DNA of 64,000 bases. Origin: an uncultured Ignavibacteriales bacterium. GTDB lineage: Bacteria; Zixibacteria; MSB-5A5; GN15; FEB-12. Below the pieces are notes generated by a model. That model made no database searches and was not told the origin of the DNA. It was given only the letters and a program-made list of their open reading frames with translations. Positions 30,058 through 40,142 of this stretch are shown here, piece after piece (within the stretch, counting starts at the first letter, position 1; each line of letters begins with the position of its first letter). Location: positions 592,700 to 656,699 of the forward strand of contig CAZNAI010000003.1 of assembly GCA_964571235.1 (NCBI GenBank), read 5' to 3'. Position numbers and translations under genes: made by a program.

Positions 30058-30282
30058 TTGAAGAGCCCAACCTAAAAGTTGGGTTACCAAGGCCAAGAAA
30101 AGAATGATGTCAATCTTTATAGTAGGGCGGGTTCGTCTTTGAACCCGCCATGTTAGGAAAGCAAACGAATCGGGCAGACGAGGGCGTCTGCCGCGCACAG
30201 AATTGTAGGGCGGGTTCGTCTTTGAACCCGTCATCTTCGGCAAGGAAATCAAATCGGGCAGACGAGGGTGTCTGCCGCACAC
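30058..30282. repeat. Repeat mosaic upstream of sod: D-rc (30058-30092), then tandem (C+B) x2: C 30122-30149, B 30171-30198, C 30205-30232, B 30255-30282
   Basis: An ~83-bp composite unit is duplicated head to tail with several substitutions. Confidence 0.9.
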
Positions 30283-30307
30283 AAACATACTGACGGGAGA
30301 GAGACAA

Positions 30308-31039
30308 ATGAATGACGCACGGAGGAGTTTTCTCAAGCACGCGGGGGGGACAGTGATGACCGGCGCAATGATGGCCGCGCCACTTGTTGCGCTCGCGCAA
30401 ACCACCGGCACACCGTCGGAGCCGGCGCCACTGGGGATGGTCACCAAACACGAGCTTCCCAAGTTGCCGTACGACTACAATGCGCTGGAGCCGCATATCG
30501 ACGCCCAAACGATGATGCTCCATCATGACAAGCATCATCAGGCGTATGTCGACGGTCTTAACAAAGCCGAGACCGAACTAGCCAAAGCCCGCGCGACGGG
30601 AGATTTTGCGCTCATTCAGCATTGGTCGCGCTCGCAGGCGTTCAACTACGGCGGACATTATCTGCACTCAATGTTCTGGTCGATCATGGGACCGGGCGGT
30701 GGTGGGGCGCCGACTGGAAAGCTCGGCGACAAAATCCGCGAGGATTTTGGTTCATTCGATGTGTTCCAAAAACAATTGGGCGAGGCGGCGGCCAAAGTCG
30801 AAGGCGGCGGGTGGGCGATTGTCACCTACCGGCCTGCGGACAATCGTCTTGTCATCTCACAAGTAGAGAGCCAGCAGAAAATGGCGCAGTGGGGAGCGAC
30901 GCCGGTGATGGGAATCGATGTCTGGGAACACGCCTATTATTTGAAATATCAAAACAAACGCGCCGACTATATCAAGGCCTGGTGGAATGTGGTCAACTGG
31001 AACGCGGTGGGGGATAGGTTGGCGAGTGCCATGAAGTAG
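30308..31039 (+). CDS. Fe/Mn superoxide dismutase with twin-arginine (Tat) signal peptide
   Basis: The N-terminus MNDARRSFLKHAGGTVMTGAMMAAPLVALA contains the RRxFLK motif. HHDKHHQAYV and DVWEHAYY are Fe/Mn-SOD metal-ligand motifs. Confidence 0.9.
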   Translation: MNDARRSFLKHAGGTVMTGAMMAAPLVALAQTTGTPSEPAPLGMVTKHELPKLPYDYNALEPHIDAQTMMLHHDKHHQAYVDGLNKAETELAKARATGDFALIQHWSRSQAFNYGGHYLHSMFWSIMGPGGGGAPTGKLGDKIREDFGSFDVFQKQLGEAAAKVEGGGWAIVTYRPADNRLVISQVESQQKMAQWGATPVMGIDVWEHAYYLKYQNKRADYIKAWWNVVNWNAVGDRLASAMK

Positions 31040-31116
31040 GTGGCGGCGCCAGTAGCGGCGCCACACCGTAATTGTGGCGTAAGGTGCCCTAACCTGACGC
31101 GATTGAGCCGGATTAG

Positions 31117-31215
31117 TTCGCGTCTCGACTACGCTCGACGCGTCGATCGAGGGATGTCGTTGCGAGCGAAGCGAAGCAATCTCTCTTTGTAGGTCGGGAT
31201 CCTTGTGATCCCGAC
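31117..31215. repeat. Repeat mosaic after sod: G (31117-31145), H (31156-31183), I (31188-31215)
   Basis: G is identical to 22646-22673. H shares the gtc[ag]ttgcgag...gaagcaatctc clamp. I is GTAGG followed by tcgggatc/gatcccga. Confidence 0.85.
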
Positions 31216-31271
31216 TTCTTTTTGAATCAAATGCAACACGTGAGCGCCAAACGGAGGCTGACCTACGAAGG

Positions 31272-31952
31272 CTACCACTTTTCGTGTGAGTGATCGATCG
31301 ATTTGGATTGAAACAGCAGGCCGAGCGATAGCGAAACCGAAGTCACCGTGTGGCCATCCTGAGTAGTGTATCCAATTCCGGGCGCAATGGTAAACACTGT
31401 GCTGGTCTCTGATCTTCCGGTTCTGAATCCAACTTGAGCTTGTACAACTGGTGTTGGATCTGGCGGCAATGTACCCATATAACAGTACATCGTTGCTCGT
31501 ATCGCAGGTACGATTGTCTTGTGCCGACCTGCCGGGAAAAACAAATTCACCGACGGATAAACGGCCACGAATCCGTTTGACAGTCGGACGCGGGAATATC
31601 CGGCACTAATCTCGGTGCTGGGAAAAGACACGTTGTCGAGCCCCAATCCAATTGAACCAAAGAACCATCCATGAGTTTCAAGTTTGCCTGCGTACACAGA
31701 AACTTCGAGGCCGTATTGCTGAATCTGCGTTCCGTGTTCATTGCCCAATACGAAGTGAATATTTCCGTCCCATTTGCCTTTGCTGACGCCTCCTACATAC
31801 AGACCATAAGCATTGTAACTTTTGTGCCAAATTCCAACCGTGCCCACGGTAACAGCCGAATATCCTAATTCGACATATTCGCCCTGCGCTCGCGTTGACT
31901 GAACTTGGGTCAAGCACAATGCGACTACAATCGCGATAGCCCGGATAATCAC
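31272..31952 (-). CDS. Putative outer-membrane beta-barrel protein, unknown function
   Basis: GTG 31952 has GGAGGG 5 nt upstream. A signal peptide (VIIRAIAIVVALCLTQVQSTRA) is followed by alternating aromatic/Gly beta-strand patterns and a C-terminal aromatic residue. Confidence 0.5.
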   Translation of the reverse strand: MIIRAIAIVVALCLTQVQSTRAQGEYVELGYSAVTVGTVGIWHKSYNAYGLYVGGVSKGKWDGNIHFVLGNEHGTQIQQYGLEVSVYAGKLETHGWFFGSIGLGLDNVSFPSTEISAGYSRVRLSNGFVAVYPSVNLFFPAGRHKTIVPAIRATMYCYMGTLPPDPTPVVQAQVGFRTGRSETSTVFTIAPGIGYTTQDGHTVTSVSLSLGLLFQSKSIDHSHEKW

Positions 31953-31999
31953 CAATCCCTCCCAAGAAAACCAAACAGTTGAAGCGTCAGAACAAGACT

Positions 32000-34978
32000 C
32001 TACTCGTTCTCCCCGTGACACTTCTTGTATTTCTTCCCGCTACCGCAGGGGCAGGGGTCGTTACGGCCGACTTTTGGCATGGCGCGTTTCACCGTCTGCA
32101 CCGCCGCGCCGGCCTGCGAGGCACGGGCCATCGGGTTTGGTTCGGCGCCTTCGATCCCTTCGCCCACGGGACCGGATCCGGCCGACGAAATCCCCATGTT
32201 GGTCGAATCGGCATGGGTGGCGACCATCGCCGGCTGACGGCGCACCCGTTGTTCTTCGGGGATATTCACCTGCAATTTGTAGACCAGGCCAACCGCTTCT
32301 TTGTCGATCGCGCCGATCATTTTTTCAAAGATGGTGAACGCTTCTTTTTTGTAGATGTCGATCGGTTTTCCCATGCCGCCGTGATACGCGCGTAGGCCGA
32401 TACCAGTGCGGAGTTCGTCCATCTCGGCCAAGTGATCTCGCCAGAAACGGTCGATGGTTGATAGGACCGCATACCGCTCAAGTTGGCGCATGATCTCCGC
32501 GCCGTAGGCGGTTTCTTTCTGCGTATAGAAATTCATCACCGCCTCGAGAACCTTGGCTTTCAGTGTCTCGCGGGTGAGATTCGGGATATCCTCGTCATTG
32601 AATTTCAGGTTAAACAGAAAGACTGTGCGGAGATCGTCGCAAAATCCCTTCAGATTCCAGTTTTCCGGATACTCTTTTTCGGGGCAGTGGTCTTCGATAA
32701 TACTATCCAGCACCGATTCGATCAGTTCCACCACTTCATCTTTGATCGACGCCCGCTCAAGCGCGGCCAGACGGCGTTCATATATCCATTTACGCTGGAC
32801 ATTCATGACATCGTCGTATTCGAGCGTGTGTTTTCGTATCGCGAAATTCTGGATTTCGACTTTCTTCTGCGCCCGTTCGATTGCGCGGGTGACCATGGCG
32901 TGGGTGATCACCTCGCCCTCTTTCACTCCGAGCTTATCCATGATGACACCCAGTCGTTCGCCGCCGAACAGGCGCATCAGGTCGTCTTCAAGGGAGAGGA
33001 AGAAAAGCGATGAGCCGGGGTCGCCCTGACGACCCGCACGGCCGCGCAACTGGCGGTCGATTCGGCGGGCTTCGTGGCGTTCGGTTCCGATAATGTGCAG
33101 ACCACCGGCTTCGACAACACCTGGGCCAAGTTTGATATCGGTTCCGCGACCAGCCATGTTGGTGGCGATTGTCACCGCGCCGGATAAACCGGCGTTCTGG
33201 ACGATTTCGGCTTCGCGCTGGTGCTGTTTAGCGTTTAGAACATTGTGCGGAATATTTGTCCGCTTGAGCATCCGAGAGAGTGTTTCTGAAACTTCGACTG
33301 AGACAGTTCCAACCAGCACCGGCCGGCCTTCGCGGTACTTCTCAGTGATCTCTTCTACAATCGCATTGTACTTCTCGCGGCGGGTGCGGAAAATTTGGTC
33401 GTCGATATCCTCGCGGATGACTGTCTTGTTCGGCGGAATCACCGCAACATCGAGTTTGTAAATATCGAAAAACTCCTGCGCCTCGGTTTCGGCGGTGCCG
33501 GTCATGCCGGAGAGCTTATCGTACATACGGAAATAGTTCTGTAGGGTGATAGTGGCGAGCGTCTGGCTCTCCGCCTCGATAGTGACCCCTTCTTTTGCTT
33601 CGATTGCCTGATGGAGACCGTCGGAGTAGCGGCGGCCGGGCAAAATACGGCCGGTGAATTCGTCGACAATCATCACTTTGCCGTCTTGCAGTACATACTC
33701 GACATCTTTTTCATAAAGCGAGAAGGCCCGCAGGAGCTGATTGATCGCGTGGACTTTTTCCGACCGGTCGCCGTGGAGTTTGTACGCCGCCTCGGTTTTC
33801 TTCTGCCTCTCTTCGGTTGAAAGCGAGGAATCGCCTTCGATTTCGGAAAGCATGACCGATAGATCGGGGATTTCAAAGAGCTTTTGTTGATCCGGGGCAA
33901 GCTGGGAGGTGCCCAGGTCGGTCAGGGCAATTGAGTGTTCGCGCTCATCGATGAAGTAGTACAAGCGGTCGTCAATTTCATGCAGTTTTTTGTCGCGCAT
34001 GTAGTCGGCTTCAACTTCGTTGACCAGCTTGGCCATGCCCGACTCTTTAAGAATCTTTAGCAGTCGCTTGTTTTTCGGAGCGCCACGGCGGGCGGCCAAA
34101 AGGAGGGAGCCGGTTTCGAAATCATCGCGCTTCTCGATAGATTCCAGTGCCCGCTCGACTTTGCCAAGCATGTCGTTGATAAGTGTGGTTTGGCGGCGGA
34201 CAATATTATCAACCGTGGATCGCATTTCACGGTAGCGATCGTGGCCAGATTGTTCCACCTGGCCGGAAATGATAAGCGGCGTGCGGGCTTCGTCGATTAG
34301 GATCGAGTCGACCTCGTCGATGATCGCATAGTGGTAATTCCGGTGGACACGGTCTTCGGCTCGCTGGGCCATGTTGTCGCGCAGATAGTCAAAGCCGAAC
34401 TCGTTGGCCGTACCGAAAGTAATGTCACACTGGTATTGCACGCGCCGCTCGGCGTTGTTCATTTGATTTTGGATGACGCCGACAGTCAACCCAAGAAATT
34501 CGTAGATCTTGCCCATCCACTCGCGGTCGCGGCGGGCAAGGTAGTCGTTGACAGTGACAATATGCACGCCCTTGCCGGTCAGAGCGTTCAGGTAGGTAGG
34601 CAGAGTAGCGACAAGCGTTTTGCCTTCGCCAGTGCCCATCTCGGCGATCTTGCCGCGGTGGAGTTCGATACCGCCCAAGAGCTGGACATCGAAATGGACC
34701 ATATTCCACTGGACCGGAAGTCCGACAACTGTCCAGTTGGTGCCGACATGGCGACGGCAGGCCTCTTTGACTACCGCAAACGCCTCGCACAGGATGTCGT
34801 CGGTCGTTTCTCCTTCGGCCAGCCGCGCTTTGAACGCCTCGGTCCGGGCGCGAAGCGCCTCGTCCGGTTCGCTTTTCAGTTTTTCGAATTGTTCGTTGAC
34901 TTCGGCGACCAGCGGCCAGATTTTTTTCTGATCGCGCTCGTATTTAGTGCCGAAAATCTTTTCCAAAAATTTAGCCAT
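32000..34978 (-). CDS. secA: Preprotein translocase ATPase SecA
   Basis: [24 protein letters not shown] and the C-terminal zinc motif [14 protein letters not shown] are present. Confidence 0.97.
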   Translation of the reverse strand: MAKFLEKIFGTKYERDQKKIWPLVAEVNEQFEKLKSEPDEALRARTEAFKARLAEGETTDDILCEAFAVVKEACRRHVGTNWTVVGLPVQWNMVHFDVQLLGGIELHRGKIAEMGTGEGKTLVATLPTYLNALTGKGVHIVTVNDYLARRDREWMGKIYEFLGLTVGVIQNQMNNAERRVQYQCDITFGTANEFGFDYLRDNMAQRAEDRVHRNYHYAIIDEVDSILIDEARTPLIISGQVEQSGHDRYREMRSTVDNIVRRQTTLINDMLGKVERALESIEKRDDFETGSLLLAARRGAPKNKRLLKILKESGMAKLVNEVEADYMRDKKLHEIDDRLYYFIDEREHSIALTDLGTSQLAPDQQKLFEIPDLSVMLSEIEGDSSLSTEERQKKTEAAYKLHGDRSEKVHAINQLLRAFSLYEKDVEYVLQDGKVMIVDEFTGRILPGRRYSDGLHQAIEAKEGVTIEAESQTLATITLQNYFRMYDKLSGMTGTAETEAQEFFDIYKLDVAVIPPNKTVIREDIDDQIFRTRREKYNAIVEEITEKYREGRPVLVGTVSVEVSETLSRMLKRTNIPHNVLNAKQHQREAEIVQNAGLSGAVTIATNMAGRGTDIKLGPGVVEAGGLHIIGTERHEARRIDRQLRGRAGRQGDPGSSLFFLSLEDDLMRLFGGERLGVIMDKLGVKEGEVITHAMVTRAIERAQKKVEIQNFAIRKHTLEYDDVMNVQRKWIYERRLAALERASIKDEVVELIESVLDSIIEDHCPEKEYPENWNLKGFCDDLRTVFLFNLKFNDEDIPNLTRETLKAKVLEAVMNFYTQKETAYGAEIMRQLERYAVLSTIDRFWRDHLAEMDELRTGIGLRAYHGGMGKPIDIYKKEAFTIFEKMIGAIDKEAVGLVYKLQVNIPEEQRVRRQPAMVATHADSTNMGISSAGSGPVGEGIEGAEPNPMARASQAGAAVQTVKRAMPKVGRNDPCPCGSGKKYKKCHGENE

Positions 34979-35115
34979 CTATGTTCCGTTTCCTGCTTAA
35001 GTTCATCTTCCCGTAAACAGTAATAATACCACAGTTGTTCAGCTAAGGCAATTGGCGGGTGAGAGGCGTTTACGCCTCCTTGCAAACTGATAACCCGACT
35101 TGTACCTTTGGACTT

Positions 35116-36024
35116 ATGAGTCAATCGCAACAGGGGATCGTGGTGGCGTCGCGCGGGAAATCGTTTGATGTCCGCGGAACCGACCACAAAGTCTACCGAT
35201 GCGATGTCCGTCAGAAGGTGAAGGTGGCGGTGAAACAAGAAACGCCGGTGGCGGTGGGCGACGATGTACTGTTCACCGGCCTGCCCGATTTAACCGGCGC
35301 GATTGACAAAGTGCTTCCGCGCCGCACGACTTTCAGCCGGCCAGCCAAAGGGGGAGAGATCGCGCACAAGCAGATTATCGCCGCCAATTTGGATCAACTG
35401 GTGATCATCGCTTCGATTGTCTCGCCGCCGCTAAAAACAGGACTCATCGACCGGTTTATCATCGCCGGAAGAATGGGACAAATGTCGCCAGTGGTGGTGA
35501 TCAACAAAGTTGATCTCGACGCAAGCGGCGAGTCCATTTCAGTTGTTGCGGCATACCGGCGAGCCGGGTTCGGCTGTTACCCTGTTTCAGCGAGCACAGG
35601 AGTTGGAATCGAGGAATTGCGCGAGGGGCTGAAAGAACACCGTTCGCTTTTTGTCGGACACTCGGGAGTGGGGAAATCGTCGATATTGAATGCGCTGGTT
35701 CCCGGACTTGATCTGAAAACCCGCGAGGTCTCCGATTTTTCCAATCGCGGCAAACATACGACTACAGCAATTGAGCTGTATGAACTGCCGTGCGGAGGTT
35801 TCATTGGTGATTCGCCGGGACTCAAAGTGATGGGGTTTGATCCGATTGATACCGATTCAGTCGCTGAGTTCTATCCAGAGTTCGAGAGTTTTCGAGGCGA
35901 CTGCAAATTCCAACCGTGCACGCATCTCCACGAACCGGGGTGCGCTGTTATTCGCGCAGTTGAGAAGGGAGATATTTGCAGTTTCAGATATGAGAATTAC
36001 GCCGCGATTATCGACTCGCTTTAG
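35116..36024 (+). CDS. rsgA: Ribosome small-subunit-dependent GTPase A
   Basis: The motif order is circularly permuted: VINKVDL, then GHSGVGKSSILNAL. The zinc motif is CKFQPCTHLHEPGCAV. Confidence 0.9.
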   Translation: MSQSQQGIVVASRGKSFDVRGTDHKVYRCDVRQKVKVAVKQETPVAVGDDVLFTGLPDLTGAIDKVLPRRTTFSRPAKGGEIAHKQIIAANLDQLVIIASIVSPPLKTGLIDRFIIAGRMGQMSPVVVINKVDLDASGESISVVAAYRRAGFGCYPVSASTGVGIEELREGLKEHRSLFVGHSGVGKSSILNALVPGLDLKTREVSDFSNRGKHTTTAIELYELPCGGFIGDSPGLKVMGFDPIDTDSVAEFYPEFESFRGDCKFQPCTHLHEPGCAVIRAVEKGDICSFRYENYAAIIDSL

Positions 36025-36084
36025 CCCGTAATTCTCCGGTAAGCTAAGGATTGGCAGAAACTTACCGATAACAGACAGGGACGT

Positions 36085-36990
36085 ATGGCTACTCGAAATA
36101 ACATAGAATTCCGCGTTGGAATTATTGTACTGGTCTGCCTGATCCTGCTGGCGATGTCGGTCTATTGGCTTCAGGGGTATAAGCTGGAGCGAAATTCGCA
36201 AATCATTCGCGTGCGCTTTGACGATGCCGGCGCTCTGTCTGTCGGTGATCAGGTGACAGTGAGCGGCATTCTCAAAGGGAAAGTGCAAAAGCTCGAACTC
36301 TCAGGCGATGGTGTGCTAGTGGAACTACGGGTTTGGAAAGATGTTACGCTCAAACGCGACGCGACTTTCACAATCAAGAATATGGGTGTGATGGGTGAGC
36401 GGTTTGTCGCGATTTGGCCGGGGAAAGATTCGGCGCTGTTTGATAACAGTGGCGTTGTCGACGGTCAGTACGACACCGGCCTGCCCGATGTCATGGGGCA
36501 ACTTGGCAATATGATTATGGAACTGCGCGAGATGGTTTCTTCGATAAAACGGACAGTGGCGTCGGATTCGTCACTGGCGAAGTTCAACGCGACTATTAGC
36601 AATTTCGAGGCAGTCAGCGCCTCACTGGAGCGGTCGGTAGTTCGCAACGAGGACAAATTCCGCGAATCGGCCGAAAACTTTGTCTCCGCCTCAAAGCGAA
36701 TGAACCAATTGGTGGGACGAAATGCCGTGCTGATCGACTCGTCGTCCAGTCGCATCAACCGAGGGACAGAGCGGTTGGAATCATTTACCTACCAGCTTGA
36801 TACAATCGCCGTTTCGGCACGGAAATTTGCGAAGATGATCGAGAATGATAACGGCACTCTGCCGCTACTCATGCAGGATCGTCGGCTCTACGACGACTTG
36901 CGCAAAACGGCGTCCTCGCTGGATGAACTGGTGGCCGATATCCGACAGCATCCCAAGAAATATATTAACGTCAAAGTAGAATTGTTTTAA
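36085..36990 (+). CDS. MCE/MlaD-family protein
   Basis: An N-terminal anchor (EFRVGIIVLVCLILLAMSVYWL) is followed by an MCE beta-barrel-like region and a helical tail. Confidence 0.75.
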   Translation: MATRNNIEFRVGIIVLVCLILLAMSVYWLQGYKLERNSQIIRVRFDDAGALSVGDQVTVSGILKGKVQKLELSGDGVLVELRVWKDVTLKRDATFTIKNMGVMGERFVAIWPGKDSALFDNSGVVDGQYDTGLPDVMGQLGNMIMELREMVSSIKRTVASDSSLAKFNATISNFEAVSASLERSVVRNEDKFRESAENFVSASKRMNQLVGRNAVLIDSSSSRINRGTERLESFTYQLDTIAVSARKFAKMIENDNGTLPLLMQDRRLYDDLRKTASSLDELVADIRQHPKKYINVKVELF

Positions 36991-36992
36991 GC

Positions 36993-39167
36993 ATGTCAAA
37001 ATTCACGCTCGCATTCGGAATTCACAATCATCAACCGGTTGGCAACTTTGACGGTGTCTTTGAAGATGCCCATCAAAAATCGTACCTGCCGTTCCTCCGG
37101 CTCTTGGAGTCATTTCCCAATATCCGGCTCTCTTTGCATCAGTCGGGCATTCTCTGGAATTGGCAGAAAGAACATCATCCAGATTACTTTGAGCTTGTCG
37201 GCCGTTTGGTCGACCGGCGACAAATCGACTTGTTGACCGGCGGCTTCTATGAGCCGATTCTGTCGTCCATTCCCGAGCGGGATGTGCGCGGGCAGATCGT
37301 CATGCTTTCTGAGTTCCTGCGGCATCACTTCGGCCACGATCCGCAAGGACTTTGGCTTACGGAACGAATTTGGGAACCCCATCTGCCGAACATCCTTGCG
37401 CATTCCGGCGTAACATTTCTGCCGGTCGATGACACTCACTTCATCTATGCCGGGTTCGAACACTCGCAGTTGACCGGTCCGTTTGTCACTGAAAATGAAG
37501 GGAAGACCGTTACCCTGCTTCCGATTCAGAAGAAGCTCCGCTATTTGATTCCATTTGGCAAAGTTGAGGATGTTATTGCCGAACTTCGGGCACAGGCGGA
37601 GAAAAGTCCGGGTGGGCTGGCGGTGTATGCCGACGACGGTGAAAAATTCGGCGTCTGGCCGGAAACCTATCGCCACTGTTACGAAGATCGCTGGCTGAAC
37701 AACCTCTTTGAGGCGTTTGACAGGAACAGCGATTGGCTTGATGTCACCACCCTCACCACTGCGGCCCAGCGCACACCCGTCGGCCGGGCCTACCTTCCGT
37801 CGGCCTCATACGAAGAGATGCTCCATTGGGCGCTTCCCACCGGCGCGTTTGTCGCCTATGAAGAATTCGAGCACTGGCTAAAAGAGCAAGGGAAATGGGA
37901 ATCGTCCGGCCGATTTGTCCGCGGCGGACACTGGCGCGGGTTTCTGACCAAGTACGAAGAATCGAATCTCATGCACAAGAAGATGCTCTTGGTGTCGGAG
38001 GCAGTCGCGAAGTTTGGGTCGCCGGACGGTCAGAACAAAGCACTCGTGGAAAGAGCACGAGACCGACTATATGCCTCGCAGTGCAATTGCCCGTATTGGC
38101 ATGGTGTATTCGGAGGCCTCTACTTGCCCCATATTCGCCAGGCAGTCTACGGCGCAATGAACGAGGCCTGGTCCCTCGCGGAACTAAAAATACCCGGTTT
38201 CTTATCTACTCAATCGGTGGACTACGATACAGACGGACAGGTTGAGATGATTCTTCAAAACCTGGACATGGCCGCGATCTTCAAGCCGTCTACCGGTGGC
38301 ATGCTCGTTTCATTGTCGCTTAAGAACCCCGCGTTCGAACTGACGGACACCCTTAGTCGCCGACGCGAGGGGTATCACAGCAAACTCTCGCAGGCAGTCT
38401 CACCCGGCAGTGGCTCCGGCACAGCAAGCATTCACGATCAGGTGTTGGCAAAAGAATCCGGCCTCAACAAGTTTCTGATCGAGGACTGGTATTTGAAGCG
38501 ATGCCTGATCGATCATTTCTTCGCTCCAGATACATCGCTTGAACAGTTTGCGCTTGGCGCGTATGCAGAACTTGGCGACTTCATTTTGGAACCGTACACT
38601 TTCACAGAAACGCCGGCGGGAGTGTCGCTGACTCGTGATGGCAAAGTGCGGGTCGGTGACCGATTTGTCGGTGTCAGGATACACAAGACCGTTGAGCTAC
38701 AGCCAGCCGACGGTGTATTGTCAGTGGCATATGAAATTTCTACGCTCGGCGGTGACTCTGTCGATATCGCCTTTGCAGTGGAAAACAATTTCACGTTTCA
38801 GGCGGGGCACGCCGACGACCGGTATGTGACTATCGACGGGCGCCGTCCCGCCGAGTCGTATCTTGATTCCACCGGCGCAATCAGCCGCGCCCGGTCAATC
38901 GCGATGATTGATGATTGGCGGAAACTGGGTGTATGTGTGACATCCAATTGTGACGCCGAAATCTGGCACATGCCGATCTTTACCGTTTCTCTCTCTGAGG
39001 GCGGGTTTGAAAAAGTCTATCAGGGGACGACGCTCATTCACAAACTGGCGCTGAAATTGTCCTCTCAGCCGACCACAATCTGTTTCCAACTGTTTGCAGG
39101 AACCTCAACCGAGGTCCGTGCAAAATCGGATCGACAGGCTCCCGCGAGTCAGCCGATCGTCGCCTGA
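36993..39167 (+). CDS. Glycoside hydrolase family 57 (alpha-amylase / 4-alpha-glucanotransferase-like)
   Basis: The N-terminus is FGIHNHQPVGNF. GFYEPIL, WLTERIWEP and a downstream DUF1926-like region are present. Confidence 0.85.
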   Translation: MSKFTLAFGIHNHQPVGNFDGVFEDAHQKSYLPFLRLLESFPNIRLSLHQSGILWNWQKEHHPDYFELVGRLVDRRQIDLLTGGFYEPILSSIPERDVRGQIVMLSEFLRHHFGHDPQGLWLTERIWEPHLPNILAHSGVTFLPVDDTHFIYAGFEHSQLTGPFVTENEGKTVTLLPIQKKLRYLIPFGKVEDVIAELRAQAEKSPGGLAVYADDGEKFGVWPETYRHCYEDRWLNNLFEAFDRNSDWLDVTTLTTAAQRTPVGRAYLPSASYEEMLHWALPTGAFVAYEEFEHWLKEQGKWESSGRFVRGGHWRGFLTKYEESNLMHKKMLLVSEAVAKFGSPDGQNKALVERARDRLYASQCNCPYWHGVFGGLYLPHIRQAVYGAMNEAWSLAELKIPGFLSTQSVDYDTDGQVEMILQNLDMAAIFKPSTGGMLVSLSLKNPAFELTDTLSRRREGYHSKLSQAVSPGSGSGTASIHDQVLAKESGLNKFLIEDWYLKRCLIDHFFAPDTSLEQFALGAYAELGDFILEPYTFTETPAGVSLTRDGKVRVGDRFVGVRIHKTVELQPADGVLSVAYEISTLGGDSVDIAFAVENNFTFQAGHADDRYVTIDGRRPAESYLDSTGAISRARSIAMIDDWRKLGVCVTSNCDAEIWHMPIFTVSLSEGGFEKVYQGTTLIHKLALKLSSQPTTICFQLFAGTSTEVRAKSDRQAPASQPIVA

Positions 39168-39188
39168 GAACTTGTCATTGCTAGCATT

Positions 39189-39310
39189 GTGCGTGGCGTA
39201 CAATCATGTGCGCCACCGTTCTGATACTACTATCCGGCGCACGAGGACCTACGCCGGCCACAAAGTAGAGATTGCTTCGCCGCGACGCGGACATCGCTCC
39301 TCGCAACGAC
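39189..39310. repeat. E-rc (39189-39216) and H-rc with enlarged insert (39268-39310)
   Basis: E-rc is gtgcgtggcgtacaatcatgtgcgccac. H-rc is gagattgcttc...ctcgcaacgac. Confidence 0.8.
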
Positions 39311-39360
39311 ATGTCGGTGGCGGCTTGTAAATGTCTATCCGGCGGCGTATCTTGCCGTGA

Positions 39361-40119
39361 GTGCTCAACGAAATCGCCCAAATCATGTCCGCGTGCACTG
39401 CGGTATCAGCTCTGACCGGGGCGGGTATCTCGGCTGAATCGGGGGTTCCCACATTTCGCGGCAATGAAGGGCTGTGGGCCAAATTTCGACCCGAAGATCT
39501 TGCCAGTATGGACGCTTTCCTGGCCAATCCCAAAATCGTCTGGGAGTGGTACAACTGGCGCCGTCAGTTGATTGCCGGTGTTCAACCCAACGACGGTCAC
39601 CGGGCGCTGGCGATGTGCGAGGCGGTTTTCGAGCAGTTCACGCTTATCACGCAGAATGTCGACGGCCTCCATGCGCAAGCCGGCTCGACCGATATTCTCG
39701 AACTTCACGGCAACATTCACCGCAACAAGTGTGTCGATTGCAACCGGCCAATCGATTCCAATGTTGTCATCGATCCCAAGCAGATTCCTGCCTGTGACAA
39801 GTGCGGCGGAAAGATCAGGCCCGATGTTGTCTGGTTTGGCGAAATGCTCGATGAGGCGGTGATCGATCAAGCTTTTGCCGTGGCGGAACAGGCGCAGGTC
39901 TTTTTGGTAGTCGGGACCTCGGCGCTGGTGCACCCGGCGGCCAGTTTGCCACTGGTGGCCAAACGGCACGGCGCGACAATTGTCGAAATCAATATCGAAA
40001 CAACGCCCCTAACAGAGATTGCCGACTTTCATATCGGCGAAAAATCGGGTATCTTCCTGCCGCTCCTCTTGGCAAAAGTGGTCGAGCAAAGAGCCGGCCG
40101 TGAGGTTCAGCCAAAGTGA
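39361..40119 (+). CDS. cobB: NAD-dependent protein deacylase (Sir2/CobB family)
   Basis: GAGISAESGVPTFRG, QNVDGLH and the zinc Cys pairs CVDC...CDKCGG are present. The start codon is GTG. Confidence 0.9.
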   Translation: MLNEIAQIMSACTAVSALTGAGISAESGVPTFRGNEGLWAKFRPEDLASMDAFLANPKIVWEWYNWRRQLIAGVQPNDGHRALAMCEAVFEQFTLITQNVDGLHAQAGSTDILELHGNIHRNKCVDCNRPIDSNVVIDPKQIPACDKCGGKIRPDVVWFGEMLDEAVIDQAFAVAEQAQVFLVVGTSALVHPAASLPLVAKRHGATIVEINIETTPLTEIADFHIGEKSGIFLPLLLAKVVEQRAGREVQPK

Positions 40120-40142
40120 AAGTGACTGTGTATAATCATCGG

